A DNA stretch of 64,000 bases from Myxococcales bacterium (GCA_025350815.1 JANXXE010000006.1:31909-95908), one strand, 5' to 3'; shown: positions 47,747-59,307, counted from the stretch's first letter. Numbers and translations: made by a program. Notes: generated from the letters alone by a model not told the origin.

Positions 47747-49162
47747 ATGTCCGCGACCGTGCTGATCGTCGATGACGAAAAGAACATCCGTCGAACCGTG
47801 TGTATGGTTCTGGAAGGCGAGGGCTTTACTGTCGAGGAAGCGGCCAGTGGCGAAGAGGCGTTGGCCCGCCTGCCCGACATTGGCGCTGACGTTGTCATCC
47901 TGGACGTGCAGTTGTCCGGGATTTCGGGTCTTGAGGTTCTGGACACCCTGAAGCGACCCGGCGCCGTGGATCCGACACCGACGGTGATCATGATGTCAGG
48001 GCATGCGACCCTGGCGGACGCGGTGCGGGCGGTCAAGGCGGGCGCGTACGACTTCATCGAGAAGCCGCTTGACCGTGAACGTCTGATCGTCACGCTTCGC
48101 AACGCCCTGGAACGCCACGCCATGGCGCGCGAGGTCGAGGGGCTGCGCGCCCTGACCGAGGGACGCTGGGAGATGGTCGGGAAAAGCGCCGCGATGGCCG
48201 CCCTGTTCGCCCAAATCGCCAAGGTCGCGCCCACGCGAACGCGGGTGCTGATCACCGGGGAATCGGGCACTGGCAAGGAACTGATCGCGCGCGCCCTGCA
48301 CCGGGAAAGTGCCCTGCGGCACCGGCCGTTTATCAAGGTGAACTGCGCGGCGATCCCACCCGAACTGATCGAATCCGAGCTATTCGGCCACGAGCGCGGT
48401 GCCTTCACGGGCGCGACCGCACGCAAAAAAGGCCTGTTCGAGCTGGCCGACGGCGGCACCATCTTCCTGGACGAGGTGGGCGACATGATCGTCTCGGCCC
48501 AGGCAAAAGTCTTGCGCGTGCTGCAATCGGGCGAGTTCACGCGGGTCGGCGGCGAGCAGACCTTGAAGGTCGATGTGCGGGTGCTGGCCGCCACCAACCG
48601 AGAATTGACGGCCGCGGTGGCCGCAGGGCAGTTTCGCGAGGATCTGTATTTTCGGCTGGCCGTGGTCCCGCTGCGGGCGCCGGCCCTGCGCGATCGCGCC
48701 GAAGACATTTCCATTTTGTGTGGCGCCTTCGTCGAGGGCACGTGCCGGGAAAACGGCATGAAGCTGAAAACCATTTCCCCGGAGGCGCTGCAGATCCTGG
48801 CGGCCTACCAGTGGCCGGGCAATGTGCGCGAGCTTCGCAACGTCATCGAACGCCTGGTGATCCTGTCGGAGGAAAGCATCGGCGTCGGCGATCTGCCAGA
48901 GGAGATCGCGGCCGAGGTGGCGCGGCAGGCCCGTCCGCCCACGGTGCTTGACCCGTTCGAGCTGCCGGCCGAGGCCAAGTCGCTGGCGCTGCGGGAGTTT
49001 CGCGACTTGCTCGAGCGCCAGTACATCCGCGCCAAGCTGGATGAAAATGGCTGGAATATTTCGCGCACGGCGCTGTTACTTGGCATCGAACGGACGAACC
49101 TGCACAAAAAGATGCGCACGCTGGGCCTGAGCCGCGACGGGCGGGACGGCCGCGACGACTGA
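47747..49162 (+). CDS. Sigma-54-dependent response regulator (NtrC family)
   Basis: Receiver domain; GESGTGKE; ESELFGHERGAFTGA; FLDEVGD; WPGNVREL; Fis HTH. Confidence 0.93.
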   Translation: MSATVLIVDDEKNIRRTVCMVLEGEGFTVEEAASGEEALARLPDIGADVVILDVQLSGISGLEVLDTLKRPGAVDPTPTVIMMSGHATLADAVRAVKAGAYDFIEKPLDRERLIVTLRNALERHAMAREVEGLRALTEGRWEMVGKSAAMAALFAQIAKVAPTRTRVLITGESGTGKELIARALHRESALRHRPFIKVNCAAIPPELIESELFGHERGAFTGATARKKGLFELADGGTIFLDEVGDMIVSAQAKVLRVLQSGEFTRVGGEQTLKVDVRVLAATNRELTAAVAAGQFREDLYFRLAVVPLRAPALRDRAEDISILCGAFVEGTCRENGMKLKTISPEALQILAAYQWPGNVRELRNVIERLVILSEESIGVGDLPEEIAAEVARQARPPTVLDPFELPAEAKSLALREFRDLLERQYIRAKLDENGWNISRTALLLGIERTNLHKKMRTLGLSRDGRDGRDD

Positions 49163-49224
49163 CCGAACGGTAGGCGCCGGTCGCCCTTCCGTGTTACCTA
49201 TATGAAACCAGGAAGGCGGAGATC

Positions 49225-49749
49225 TTGATTCACGCTACGAGCCCACTAGCGAAGCCGGTTGTGAACAGCGCTGTAAAGGCGACCAGTGCGCGCCTTGAAA
49301 AGATGCTGAGCAGCAGCGCGGCCTATCGCAAGGTGGAAAACGGCCTCTACGTCATCAAGCAGGGCTCGACCATCGTGATGATCAGCGTGCACCCCTGGAA
49401 GGCGACGCACGCCATCGTCAGACTGGTCGCCCAGTTGGTGAAGGGCGTCACGATGGAAGTGCCACTGGCGCTTGAGTTGCTGGAATTGAACGCGCTGCTG
49501 CGCTTTGGCGCCTTTGCCTTCGTGCCGGCGGGTGACGTGATCGTCTTTTCTCACACGCTTTTGGATCGCGAGCTGTCCGATCAGGAAGAATTCATGGATA
49601 CCGTTCGCGACTTTGCGATCGTCGCCGACGATTACGACGATCGCATCGCGGCCCGTTACGGCGGGCAGACCATGCAGGAACTTCTCGAAGAAGGCGTGGT
49701 CGAGCACCTGCGCACCGGGCACGAGAAGCACCACTTTCTCAAGACATAG
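49225..49749 (+). CDS. YbjN/type III chaperone-like domain protein
   Basis: GST.V; LLELNA...FGAF; AD.YDD.I..RYGG. Confidence 0.6.
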   Translation: MIHATSPLAKPVVNSAVKATSARLEKMLSSSAAYRKVENGLYVIKQGSTIVMISVHPWKATHAIVRLVAQLVKGVTMEVPLALELLELNALLRFGAFAFVPAGDVIVFSHTLLDRELSDQEEFMDTVRDFAIVADDYDDRIAARYGGQTMQELLEEGVVEHLRTGHEKHHFLKT

Positions 49750-50914
49750 CGACAATCCGCGCGACAAGCCGCGCGCAGCCCTCGTCGAAAGTTGCGGGGT
49801 CCGTCAGGAGGCTGACGACCAGCGTCGCGCCCAGCGACAGGTCGAAAAAATAGCCGGGCTGTACCAGCACCCCGTCGTCTACAAGCAGCCGGCAGGCCCA
49901 GTCCTCGTCGGAAAGGGTTTGCGGGACACGAACGATGGCGGACCAGCCACCTTCGGCGGGCAGCAAAGTGCAAGGTGCCGACGGCAGGATGCGCGTGGCG
50001 AGCGCGGCCCGATTGCGGGCAACCCGGGCTGCGATTTGGCTGCGAATGCCGGCGCCCAGTTCCAGGAGGCGCGGCAGGCCAAGCTGCACGGGCGTCGCGG
50101 CCGACAGATAGGCGTCGGACACCAGTTCCAGGGCCCCAAGGGCGTGCCGGACGGGCTTGTCGGGGCCAAACGCCGTCAGCCAACCCAGCTTGAGCTGCGG
50201 CAGACCGGAACCCTTGGACAGTCCCCCCAGCACAAAAGTCACGACGCCCGGTGGAGGACACGCGGCGACAGTTCGGACCGCATCCAGGCCAACCACGCCC
50301 GGGTAGTCCGCGAATACCTCGTCGACGATCAGACTCAGGTCGTGGCGCCGAGCGAGATCGCCGAGTGCCTGGAGATCAGCCGCCGAGATGAACGACCCTG
50401 TTGGGTTGTTGGGGTTCACCACCACAAGGACGCGCGCCCCGGCCGGGTCCAGGCTGGAAGAATCAATGTGCCACTGTCCGTCGAAGAACAGCCGGTAAGG
50501 TCGCGGCTGCAGGCCGTCCAAAGCCGCGAGGTGGTCGAAGAGCGGGTAGCTTGGCTGGGGAACCAGCACAACGTCACCGGGATCACACAACATCTTGAAC
50601 AGCAGCGAATACGACTCGCTGGAGCTGGCGGTGATGGCGACACAGTCGGGCGACGCAGACACGCCACGACGGGCGTGGTCCGCCGCCACCGCCGCGCGCG
50701 CGACGAATAGGCCCAGGGCCGCAGGGCGGTAGTGGGTCAGGCCCGCGGGGGCCAGGGCGGCCGCCAGGTCATCGGCCGGGTAGACCAGCCCGACGGTCGT
50801 TGGGTTGGCGACAGTTAAATCCAAAAGGGGGACGCCCGTCGCGCGCTGTTGGGTCTGTAGCCGCGCGAGTGGATTTTCTGGACTCGACCAGGGCAGGCGG
50901 CGCGACAGACGCAC
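49739..50914 (-). CDS. PLP-dependent aminotransferase class I/II
   Basis: PSYPLF; VNPNNPTG; DEVFADY; GLSK..GLPQLKLGW; GTG start overlaps batE stop. Confidence 0.88.
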   Translation of the reverse strand: MRLSRRLPWSSPENPLARLQTQQRATGVPLLDLTVANPTTVGLVYPADDLAAALAPAGLTHYRPAALGLFVARAAVAADHARRGVSASPDCVAITASSSESYSLLFKMLCDPGDVVLVPQPSYPLFDHLAALDGLQPRPYRLFFDGQWHIDSSSLDPAGARVLVVVNPNNPTGSFISAADLQALGDLARRHDLSLIVDEVFADYPGVVGLDAVRTVAACPPPGVVTFVLGGLSKGSGLPQLKLGWLTAFGPDKPVRHALGALELVSDAYLSAATPVQLGLPRLLELGAGIRSQIAARVARNRAALATRILPSAPCTLLPAEGGWSAIVRVPQTLSDEDWACRLLVDDGVLVQPGYFFDLSLGATLVVSLLTDPATFDEGCARLVARIVAMS

Positions 50915-51681
50915 TACAGGCGCCCGATGTCCTGCGCGCGCACCCAACCCTCAAGACCATTGGCGAGTTGAATCCGCACCCAGTCCTGGTCTTCCTCCAG
51001 CAAGCGGACGCGCAGGCCGGCGTGCAGCTCGAAGCTGGTCCGGTAGTTGGGATCGGCGCCTTCTTTGACGGCGACGGCATTGGGCAAAACGACGCCAAAG
51101 GGAATGCGGTCGAGAACGATTCGACCCAACAGCAACACGCCCGCCAGGGTCGCAGTGACACCGACGAGGGCGGCGCCCGCACTTAAGGCCGGCCTCGTGT
51201 CGTCGGCGGCGCGACGGCGCGCGAACAGCAAAGCGAAAAGTGCGAGATACAGGCTCACGAACAGCCAGGTTTGGGCGGACGGGCTGAGGTAGGTGACGAT
51301 GCGAATCCAGGCCGGCTCACGCTCGGCGCCCTCGACCTTGTCGCGCGTGCCGCGGTCAATCGCCTTGCGCGCCTGCGCCAGATTGAAACGAGCGTCCTCG
51401 TCGTCTGGTTCCAGCGTCAGCGCCCGTTCGAAGGCCCAGATGGTGCGACCAAGATTGCCCTGTCGATAGTGCGCGACGCCCAGGTTGTAATAGAGATCGG
51501 CCGACACGACACCCTGCCTGTCAAGCTGCTCGTAGGCACCGGATGCCGCCGGATAGTCGCCGCGAAAGTAGGCGTCGTTGCCGCGCTTCCACGCATCATC
51601 GATGACGTCCGCCCGGGCGCCGTGCCTGTCTGCCGCCAGAAGCGCCAACGCGACAACCACCAGAACGACAGGGCGCCTCAT
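50914..51681 (-). CDS. batE: BatE-like TPR + SH3 protein
   Basis: YYNLG..Y; DARFNL; two TMs; ELHAG..V.......W.RI.L.NG.EGWV. Confidence 0.8.
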   Translation of the reverse strand: MRRPVVLVVVALALLAADRHGARADVIDDAWKRGNDAYFRGDYPAASGAYEQLDRQGVVSADLYYNLGVAHYRQGNLGRTIWAFERALTLEPDDEDARFNLAQARKAIDRGTRDKVEGAEREPAWIRIVTYLSPSAQTWLFVSLYLALFALLFARRRAADDTRPALSAGAALVGVTATLAGVLLLGRIVLDRIPFGVVLPNAVAVKEGADPNYRTSFELHAGLRVRLLEEDQDWVRIQLANGLEGWVRAQDIGRL

Positions 51682-53561
51682 GCCGCCCCCCCACGCCCGG
51701 GCTTGACCTTCTCCATTTGCAAGATGATCTCGCCTGAACGTTCGAGCGCCGAGCGCATGGTCTCCTGGTCGGCGCCGCCGGGGGCAAAGCGGGCGTGGTC
51801 GCAGCCGTCGAGTTCGGCCATGATCCGATCCGTCAGATCGACGGGCAGACCACTTGAGCCCAGGCCGTGGCGAACCTCGTCCCGCGACAACCCGGTCACG
51901 GTTCTTTCAAGCTGCGCCGCCAGAACCTCGCGCAGAACGCGATCGATCTCGATGAAGAAGGGCGCGGCGCGGCCGGCCTGCATATGTGCCTCGGCCGCAC
52001 CCAGGCGGCGACGGACCAAACGCCGCAGTTTCCGTCGTCGGCCCCGGTCGGATTCGTGGGACAGGCGCTGCCGCACCCGACCCGTGAGGACGGTGATGAA
52101 CAGGGCCAGGGGCGGAAAGGCAAGGACGCCGACAAATACCCGCGATCGATAGAACGTGGTGCCCAGATCGCGGCGCAGGGTGGGACGCGCGCGCGGCGGC
52201 CGGATCTCGGCCGGCAGAAGATTCTCGACGACGGCGCCGGGCCGCACCGGCGTTCCAGCCTTGCTAGGGACGGTTGCGGCAGCAGTTCCGACCTCGCCGA
52301 CGACTTCCACCCGCAACGGCGGGCTTTTCTCGACGACGTAGGTCTTGGTCGCCGGGTCGAAGAATGGCAGCTCGAAAGCCGGGATGATCGTCGTGCCACC
52401 CCGTTCTGGCAAAAGCAGGTACTCGACGGTCTTGCGCCCGCCGACGACGTCGCCCGGTTCGATCACCAGCGACGTCTTGGGGTCGTAGCCTTTCCAGCCG
52501 TCGAGCGGCGGCAACTTCGGCGGTACCAACTTGCGCAGATTTCCCGTACCCGAGACGACGACGGTCACTGTTACCGCCTCGCCCACTGCCACACGTTCAC
52601 GATCGACGCGCGCGCTGATCCCCAGATGCCCCACGCTGGCGGAATCCAAGCCAGCCGGACGTCCCGCGGCCGGCAGCGGCAGGGCCTCGATAAGCACCGG
52701 CTCGGCCTTCAGACGCTCGGTCCGGGCCGTCGAGCCGAAAAAATCCACCTGCGAAATTTCGGATTCCAGCGGACTCACCGTCAGGCGCCCCGGGGCCAGC
52801 GGAAACAGCGCCTTCCTCATCAGCGGCGCGACCAGGTAATTGTGCCCCTGATACGCCTCCTGCGTCAGCGACAGGCCGCGCGTGTTGGCGGGCAGGGGAA
52901 TGTCTTCGGTCCAGAAGCCATCGGTGTGCGGCTCGACGGTGGTCTGATATTTGTCCTGGCGTTCCGTGAGGTACAGGTACCAGACGACCGTCACCTGCTC
53001 GCCGACGTAGGCTGTGGTCTTATCGGGACGCGCCAACACGAAACTGCCGCTGGGGGCGGAATCCGCCGGGACGGGATCGGGGTGCCCGAACAGCGACGGG
53101 GGCAAGCCCGGAATCCGGCGGCGCGACCGCGCGGGTGGCGCCATTGCCGCGTCGCCGACCGCGATGGTGACAGTGCCGGTTCGCAACTCGCGCCCGCCGG
53201 TGCGAATCCGCGCCGGGGCAATCGTCAGCGTGCCCTTCTGCATCGGCTGCAGGTCGTAGCGCCAGCTAAAGACCGTCTGCATGGAGGTGCCGCCGCCACC
53301 CAGTTGCAACTGCGTGGACTGACTGGGGCTTTCGCCCAAAAGTCGGAACCCGCGAAAGTCGGGGCGCTGGTAGGCGGGCTCCTCGCCACCGGCCTGAGAC
53401 AACGTCACCTCGTAGACGAAGGTCTCGTTCAAGCCGACCGTCGTCCGATCGACGCGGGCCTGAAAGGACGGCGCCTGGCCCCAGGCGCGTGGCGCGACCA
53501 GGAACGCCAGGCTGAACAACAGCCCCGCGAAACCCCAGCGTTGATCGTGTCTGCGCATCAC
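51678..53561 (-). CDS. batD: BatD family protein
   Basis: Signal peptide; repeated Ig-like BatD modules (A.VDR..V..GE); FFDP....Y; C-terminal TM. Confidence 0.85.
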   Translation of the reverse strand: MMRRHDQRWGFAGLLFSLAFLVAPRAWGQAPSFQARVDRTTVGLNETFVYEVTLSQAGGEEPAYQRPDFRGFRLLGESPSQSTQLQLGGGGTSMQTVFSWRYDLQPMQKGTLTIAPARIRTGGRELRTGTVTIAVGDAAMAPPARSRRRIPGLPPSLFGHPDPVPADSAPSGSFVLARPDKTTAYVGEQVTVVWYLYLTERQDKYQTTVEPHTDGFWTEDIPLPANTRGLSLTQEAYQGHNYLVAPLMRKALFPLAPGRLTVSPLESEISQVDFFGSTARTERLKAEPVLIEALPLPAAGRPAGLDSASVGHLGISARVDRERVAVGEAVTVTVVVSGTGNLRKLVPPKLPPLDGWKGYDPKTSLVIEPGDVVGGRKTVEYLLLPERGGTTIIPAFELPFFDPATKTYVVEKSPPLRVEVVGEVGTAAATVPSKAGTPVRPGAVVENLLPAEIRPPRARPTLRRDLGTTFYRSRVFVGVLAFPPLALFITVLTGRVRQRLSHESDRGRRRKLRRLVRRRLGAAEAHMQAGRAAPFFIEIDRVLREVLAAQLERTVTGLSRDEVRHGLGSSGLPVDLTDRIMAELDGCDHARFAPGGADQETMRSALERSGEIILQMEKVKPGRGGAA

Positions 53562-53567
53562 GGGCGT

Positions 53568-54326
53568 TTACCAGTCCTTCGCCGGGGGTTGCCTGCGCAC
53601 GGCGCGCAGCCTCGCACGTTCTTGCTCAAGCGCCTTGGGGCTGCGTTCGAGACTGTCGAGGACGGCGTCGATCTCGCTCGGCTCGGCCGGCTTATCGGGG
53701 GGCGGTGGTGCCTGTTTCTGCTCGGGGCTCTGGGCCGGATCCTTCTTGGCAGGGTCGTCTTTGGCGTCTTTTTGCTCCGGCTTCTGCTGGTCTTTTTTGT
53801 CTGGGTCCTTTTTGTCTTCCTTTTTGTCTTGGTCTTTCTTTTTGTCTTGGTCCTTTTTGTCGTCCTTTTTGTTTTTGTCGTCTTTCTGCTTGTCCGCGTC
53901 CTTCTTCTTCTTGAGGGCCAGCTCCAGGTTCCATTTGGCCCGCACATCGCCGGGATCGAGCGCCAACGACCGCTTGTAGGCCTCGACCGCCTCGCTGAAT
54001 TTCTCTGCTTTGAAGAAGCTGTTGCCCAGGTTGTAGAAGGCGGTGGCCTTGAGCGGCACGCTTTTGGCCTCGGTTGCGCGCAAGAACTCGCTCGTCGCCT
54101 CGTCGTGCCGGGACAGCGCCGACAAGGCGACGCCCCGGTTGAAATGCGCACCCGCCTCGCCCGGCAGCTCTTTGACGGCCTGATCGTAATGCGGCAGCGC
54201 CTGCTCGGCCTTGCCCGCCTTCATCTGTGCATTCCCGTCCTGCACGGCGCGGTTGGGGCTGTGTAAAACGTCCACGCCCAGCAGAAGCGGCAGCGCGGCG
54301 ACAACGCCCAACCAGCGCTGGGTCAT
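53568..54326 (-). CDS. batC: BatC-like TPR protein with K/D/Q-rich linker
   Basis: FYNLGNSFF; AKWNLELAL; low-complexity linker; C-terminal KDW. Confidence 0.8.
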   Translation of the reverse strand: MTQRWLGVVAALPLLLGVDVLHSPNRAVQDGNAQMKAGKAEQALPHYDQAVKELPGEAGAHFNRGVALSALSRHDEATSEFLRATEAKSVPLKATAFYNLGNSFFKAEKFSEAVEAYKRSLALDPGDVRAKWNLELALKKKKDADKQKDDKNKKDDKKDQDKKKDQDKKEDKKDPDKKDQQKPEQKDAKDDPAKKDPAQSPEQKQAPPPPDKPAEPSEIDAVLDSLERSPKALEQERARLRAVRRQPPAKDW

Positions 54327-55342
54327 CGATTCCCCCGCTTTCGCTCGCTGGCGCAGGCCTCGCCGACCAGCAGCAGGAACGCCGGCAGCAGCAAGATCTC
54401 GAACACCTCGTCATACTGCTTGACCAGACGGGCGTCGTTCTCGGTGCGCTTGAGGCCCATCAGGGACGCCTCGACCGCCTCCACGCCGAACCGCTTCGGG
54501 TCGGTGCGCAGGTATTCCCCCCCCGTCTTGAGTGCGATTTGCGACAGCGTGTCCTCGGCCAGGCGCGACGTGACGTACTTGCCCTCGCTGTCTTTTATAT
54601 ATCCGACGACCGTGCCGTCTTCGTTGACCTCGGGTATCAGCTCGCCCGACCGTGATCCGATGCCCACGGTGTAGACCTTGATACCCAGGCGCGCGGCTTC
54701 ATCGGCCACGGCCAAGGGCTCGCTTTCCGTGTCTTCGCCATCGGTCAGCAGCAGGATGACCTGCGCCCGCGTGGCGCCACCCTTTGCCCGCAGACGGACC
54801 AATTGGTCGACCGCCACCTTCAACGCGCGGCCAATCGCCGTACCGCCGACGGGCATATCCACCGGGCCCAGATCGCGCCAAAACAACTTCACCGCTGCGT
54901 AGTCCGTGGTGGGTGGGTAGGTCAGCGTCTCGCCCGCAAAGGCGACCAGGCCGATTCGATCGCCGGCCAGATGGTCCATCAGCCGTTCCAGTTCTCGCTT
55001 GGCGCGTTCGAGCCGGGACGGGTACACGTCACGCGCCAGCATCGACTTCGAGAAGTCGAGCGCAACCACCAGGTCGAGACCGCGCTGTCGTTCCAGTTTC
55101 GCGCGCCCGCCCGCCTGCGGACGCGACAACGCCAGGACCATCAGGATGACAGCGGTTACAAGATACGCGGCCCGGAGGGCCTTGCGCGCCACCGACGTCG
55201 ACGCCGTCATGCGACCAATCAGGGACGCCGTGCCCAGTTGCTGCAGCAGGCGTCTGCGACGTGTGAATGCCAACACATAGGCCAGGACCAGCGCCGGCAC
55301 GGTCAACAACAACCACAGCAGCTGGGGATGGGCCAGACGCAT
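54323..55342 (-). CDS. batB: BatB-like VWA protein
   Basis: LSRPQ; DFSKSM.A.D..PSRLE.AK; TDGED. Confidence 0.85.
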   Translation of the reverse strand: MRLAHPQLLWLLLTVPALVLAYVLAFTRRRRLLQQLGTASLIGRMTASTSVARKALRAAYLVTAVILMVLALSRPQAGGRAKLERQRGLDLVVALDFSKSMLARDVYPSRLERAKRELERLMDHLAGDRIGLVAFAGETLTYPPTTDYAAVKLFWRDLGPVDMPVGGTAIGRALKVAVDQLVRLRAKGGATRAQVILLLTDGEDTESEPLAVADEAARLGIKVYTVGIGSRSGELIPEVNEDGTVVGYIKDSEGKYVTSRLAEDTLSQIALKTGGEYLRTDPKRFGVEAVEASLMGLKRTENDARLVKQYDEVFEILLLPAFLLLVGEACASERKRGNR

Positions 55343-56448
55343 CAGGGCAGCCTTCGAAAGCGCGTGAGGCGCAGCAGGATCTCGACCAGCAGGATCAAGA
55401 ACGCGGGAAGGACAAAGCGCGGGTAAAGCTCGGCGTACAGAACGCCGCGATCCTTCAGGCGGGACTTTTCCAGCTCTTCCAGGATGTTCTGAAATCGCTG
55501 GGCCAGGGCGCGCGTGTCACTGGCGAGGTAGGGCGTACCGCCGGTCATCGTCGCGATTTGTTCCAGCAGCTTGGGATTCACCGGGTAGCGCTGGCGGGCA
55601 GCCCCGGCGCGGGTCGGTTCATCCGAGCTTCCGTTGTCACCGGCCAGAATCGTGTAGACCTTGACGCCCAGCTTTTGCGCGTAGCCTGCCGCCTGCAGCG
55701 GCGAAATATTTCCGGCGTTGTTGTCGCCATCGGTAAGAAGAATGATGACCTTCGAACGCGCATCCGACTTGCGCAGCCGCGCCAACGCCACGCCCAGCCC
55801 GTTGCCGATCGCAGTGCCCTTGCCGTCGATGATGCCAAGGTGCAACTCGGCCAACATCCGCAGATAGGCGCCGTGGTCCAGCGTCAGGGGAATGTGCGTG
55901 TAGGCGTCGTGACCGAAAATGACCAGCCCCAAACGATCAGAGGGGCGCCGGCGCACGAAATCCTGGATGACCGCCTTGGCCGCCTCCAGCCGATTCGGCA
56001 GCAGGTCGGACTCCTCCATCGAGCCCGACAGATCCAGCGCCAGCACGATGTCGATGCCTTCTAGTTCGATGTCGCTGTCCACGCGCGAGGTCTGCGGCCG
56101 CGCCAGGGCGACGCCGGTCAAGACCACCACCAGCAGGCGCAGAACCAGGGGCAGATGCTGCAGGCGGGCGACCAGACCCCGCTTGCGATGGCCAAGCTCG
56201 GTCGCACGCGAATGAACCAGCACCGCGCGCCGGGCGCCCGCCTGAAGGACGCCGGCCCACAGCACCAGCGCCAGGGCCAGGGGCAGCAACGCCAGGGCGT
56301 ACGGGTGCGCGAAGCGGAAATTCTCGGCATCGCGCAGATACCAAAGGTAGGCCAGCGCGGCCGGCAGGAACGCGACCGCCAGCAGACCGAACGGGATGCG
56401 GCCCCGGGGCGACGAAAGCGGTAGCCGCCGTTCGGGCACCTCAGCCAC
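55342..56448 (-). CDS. batA: BatA-like VWA protein
   Basis: ALARPQ; DLSGSM; GTAIG.GL; LTDGDNNAG.I.P. Confidence 0.85.
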   Translation of the reverse strand: MAEVPERRLPLSSPRGRIPFGLLAVAFLPAALAYLWYLRDAENFRFAHPYALALLPLALALVLWAGVLQAGARRAVLVHSRATELGHRKRGLVARLQHLPLVLRLLVVVLTGVALARPQTSRVDSDIELEGIDIVLALDLSGSMEESDLLPNRLEAAKAVIQDFVRRRPSDRLGLVIFGHDAYTHIPLTLDHGAYLRMLAELHLGIIDGKGTAIGNGLGVALARLRKSDARSKVIILLTDGDNNAGNISPLQAAGYAQKLGVKVYTILAGDNGSSDEPTRAGAARQRYPVNPKLLEQIATMTGGTPYLASDTRALAQRFQNILEELEKSRLKDRGVLYAELYPRFVLPAFLILLVEILLRLTRFRRLP

Positions 56449-57439
56449 CGGTCGACTCCCTCAAGGCGGTTGCCCCCAGGGCGGCAGGCGGCGCGATCTG
56501 GGGGCGCGTGCCCTCGACGATGCGTATCGCGGTCTCGAGGGCACCCCGGGCCTCGGTGATCGTGGGTGACACCTTCGCGAACTTGACCAGATCGCAGGCC
56601 CACAGCCACGACGACACCTCGCCCATCACCAGTGACAGGGAGCCGCCGGCCGAGCGGCGCAGCTCGGACACCAGTTCCTCTGTGGTCAGCTCCAGCGAGT
56701 CGAAACCAAAGCGCGCGCCCAGATATTCACGAATGATCTCGGACAGCGCGAACGTGAACGGCCGCAGGTCTCCGCCCTCGGGAAACCCGGACGCCCCCAG
56801 CCGATCCAGGCGCTCCAGCGCCACCTCGTGCGGCGGGCGGCGTGGCGGCGCCGGACGCTGGCTGGCGCGCGCCTTCCAGCGTTTGCGAATGATGAGCCCG
56901 ACGATGCCGCCCAGCGCGGCCACCACCAGACCCGCGGCGATGTACACCACCAACAGGTTGCGCTCCAGCACGGGAACCGGTTCGGCGTTGTCTTTCAACG
57001 CGGGCTCGGACTCGTTGGCCAGAAGGCTGACGATCTTGATCGGAACGGGCGCCGTGTGGGCCGTCAAGACGTCGCCGCCCTTGCCCAGGTAGGTCACGTC
57101 CAGCGGGGGCAGGGTGACATCACCGGGCTCATAGGCCGCCACCGACAACACGAACTCGCGGCGCATCTTGCCGTCGCCGAGATCCTTCTCCTCGTCCTTG
57201 CGATCGAGCAGAGAAAACGGCGCCAGGTCCAGTGTGCCGGAGCTTGGCAAATTGATGGGCGTTCCGACTGGCCCGATCGCGCTAACGGTGACAGCAATGG
57301 GGTCTCCCACCCGCGCCTCGGACTTGTCCGCCCGCACCGTCACCGTCGGCGCGTCCGCACTTGGTATCGGCTGCCCGGCAGTCGCAGCGTCCAGCCCCAC
57401 GGCCGACAGCCAGGCTGTCAGCGCCACGCCGAGGTTCAA
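56441..57439 (-). CDS. Bat-operon-associated membrane protein (Ig-like domain, TM, helical domain)
   Basis: LSEIIREYL..RF....LELTT.EL; DLVKFAK; typical position between DUF58 and batA. Confidence 0.75.
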   Translation of the reverse strand: MNLGVALTAWLSAVGLDAATAGQPIPSADAPTVTVRADKSEARVGDPIAVTVSAIGPVGTPINLPSSGTLDLAPFSLLDRKDEEKDLGDGKMRREFVLSVAAYEPGDVTLPPLDVTYLGKGGDVLTAHTAPVPIKIVSLLANESEPALKDNAEPVPVLERNLLVVYIAAGLVVAALGGIVGLIIRKRWKARASQRPAPPRRPPHEVALERLDRLGASGFPEGGDLRPFTFALSEIIREYLGARFGFDSLELTTEELVSELRRSAGGSLSLVMGEVSSWLWACDLVKFAKVSPTITEARGALETAIRIVEGTRPQIAPPAALGATALRESTGG

Positions 57440-58320
57440 TGCCGCAACCTCCGCGCCCGCGCCTCGAAGAAGCTGGTCAGGGCAGGCAAGTAAGGCCTGT
57501 CCGTGCGGACTGAGATCGGATCGAGAGACAACCGCCGGAACAATGACTCGCGCGCCTCGCGTCGACGCTGGACGTCCTGCGCGAAGGCGCGGCCCTCGGG
57601 CCCTGACGTATCGAAAACAACGACCTCGCCGGTCTCGGGATCCATGAGATCGACCAGGCCCAGCGATGGCAGAGCCTCTTCCAGCGGATCGGTGACGGTC
57701 ACCGGGACCAGATCGTGCCGACCGGCGGCAATGCGCAGGGCGCGGTCATACTGCCCGGCCGGTGCCAGGAAATCGGACACCAGGAACGCCACCGCCCGCC
57801 GACGGGCGATGCGCCCCAAAAATTCCAGCCCGACGCCAATGTGCGTGCGCGGCGAGCGCGGCTCGAACGACAGGATTTCGCTGATGACGCGCAGGACGTG
57901 CTTCTTGCCCTTCTTCGGCGGCACGAAGCGCTCGACCTCGTCCGTGAAGATGATCAGACCCACGCGATCGTTGTTGCGAATCGCCGAGAACGCGAGGATG
58001 GCCGCCAGCTCGGCCGCCAGCTCGCGCTTCTCTTGATCCCGCGAGCCGAATCGCCCCGACGCCGACATGTCCACCAGCAGCAGCACGGTCATCTCGCGCT
58101 CTTCGGTGAACAGCTTGACGTAGACCTCGTTCATGCGCGCCGACACGTTCCAGTCGATCAGGCGGATGTCGTCGCCCGGCATGTACTCGCGCACCTCGGA
58201 AAACGCGATGCCGCTGCCCTTGAAGACAGAATGGTACTGCCCGGCCATGCGATCCCGCACCAGCCGCTCGGTGACGATCTCGATCTTGCGGATCTTCTTG
58301 AGCAGCTCCCGCGTCAGCAT
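57436..58320 (-). CDS. DUF58 domain protein
   Basis: G.Y.SVFKG.G..F.EVREY.PGDDIR.IDWNVSAR; EERE; DMSAS. Confidence 0.92.
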   Translation of the reverse strand: MLTRELLKKIRKIEIVTERLVRDRMAGQYHSVFKGSGIAFSEVREYMPGDDIRLIDWNVSARMNEVYVKLFTEEREMTVLLLVDMSASGRFGSRDQEKRELAAELAAILAFSAIRNNDRVGLIIFTDEVERFVPPKKGKKHVLRVISEILSFEPRSPRTHIGVGLEFLGRIARRRAVAFLVSDFLAPAGQYDRALRIAAGRHDLVPVTVTDPLEEALPSLGLVDLMDPETGEVVVFDTSGPEGRAFAQDVQRRREARESLFRRLSLDPISVRTDRPYLPALTSFFEARARRLRH

Positions 58321-58323
58321 CGT

Positions 58324-59307
<984 letters not shown>

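Noticed and set aside
53760-53910. Pyrimidine-rich, low-GC repetitive tract
   Set aside because: Encodes the K/D/Q-rich linker typical of BatC; not a CRISPR array or foreign DNA
51867-54266. Long antisense ORFs (also 13869-15584, 15548-17047, 18730-20316, 44632-46161)
   Set aside because: Shadow frames of well-supported genes, expected from high-GC codon bias; no recognisable motifs
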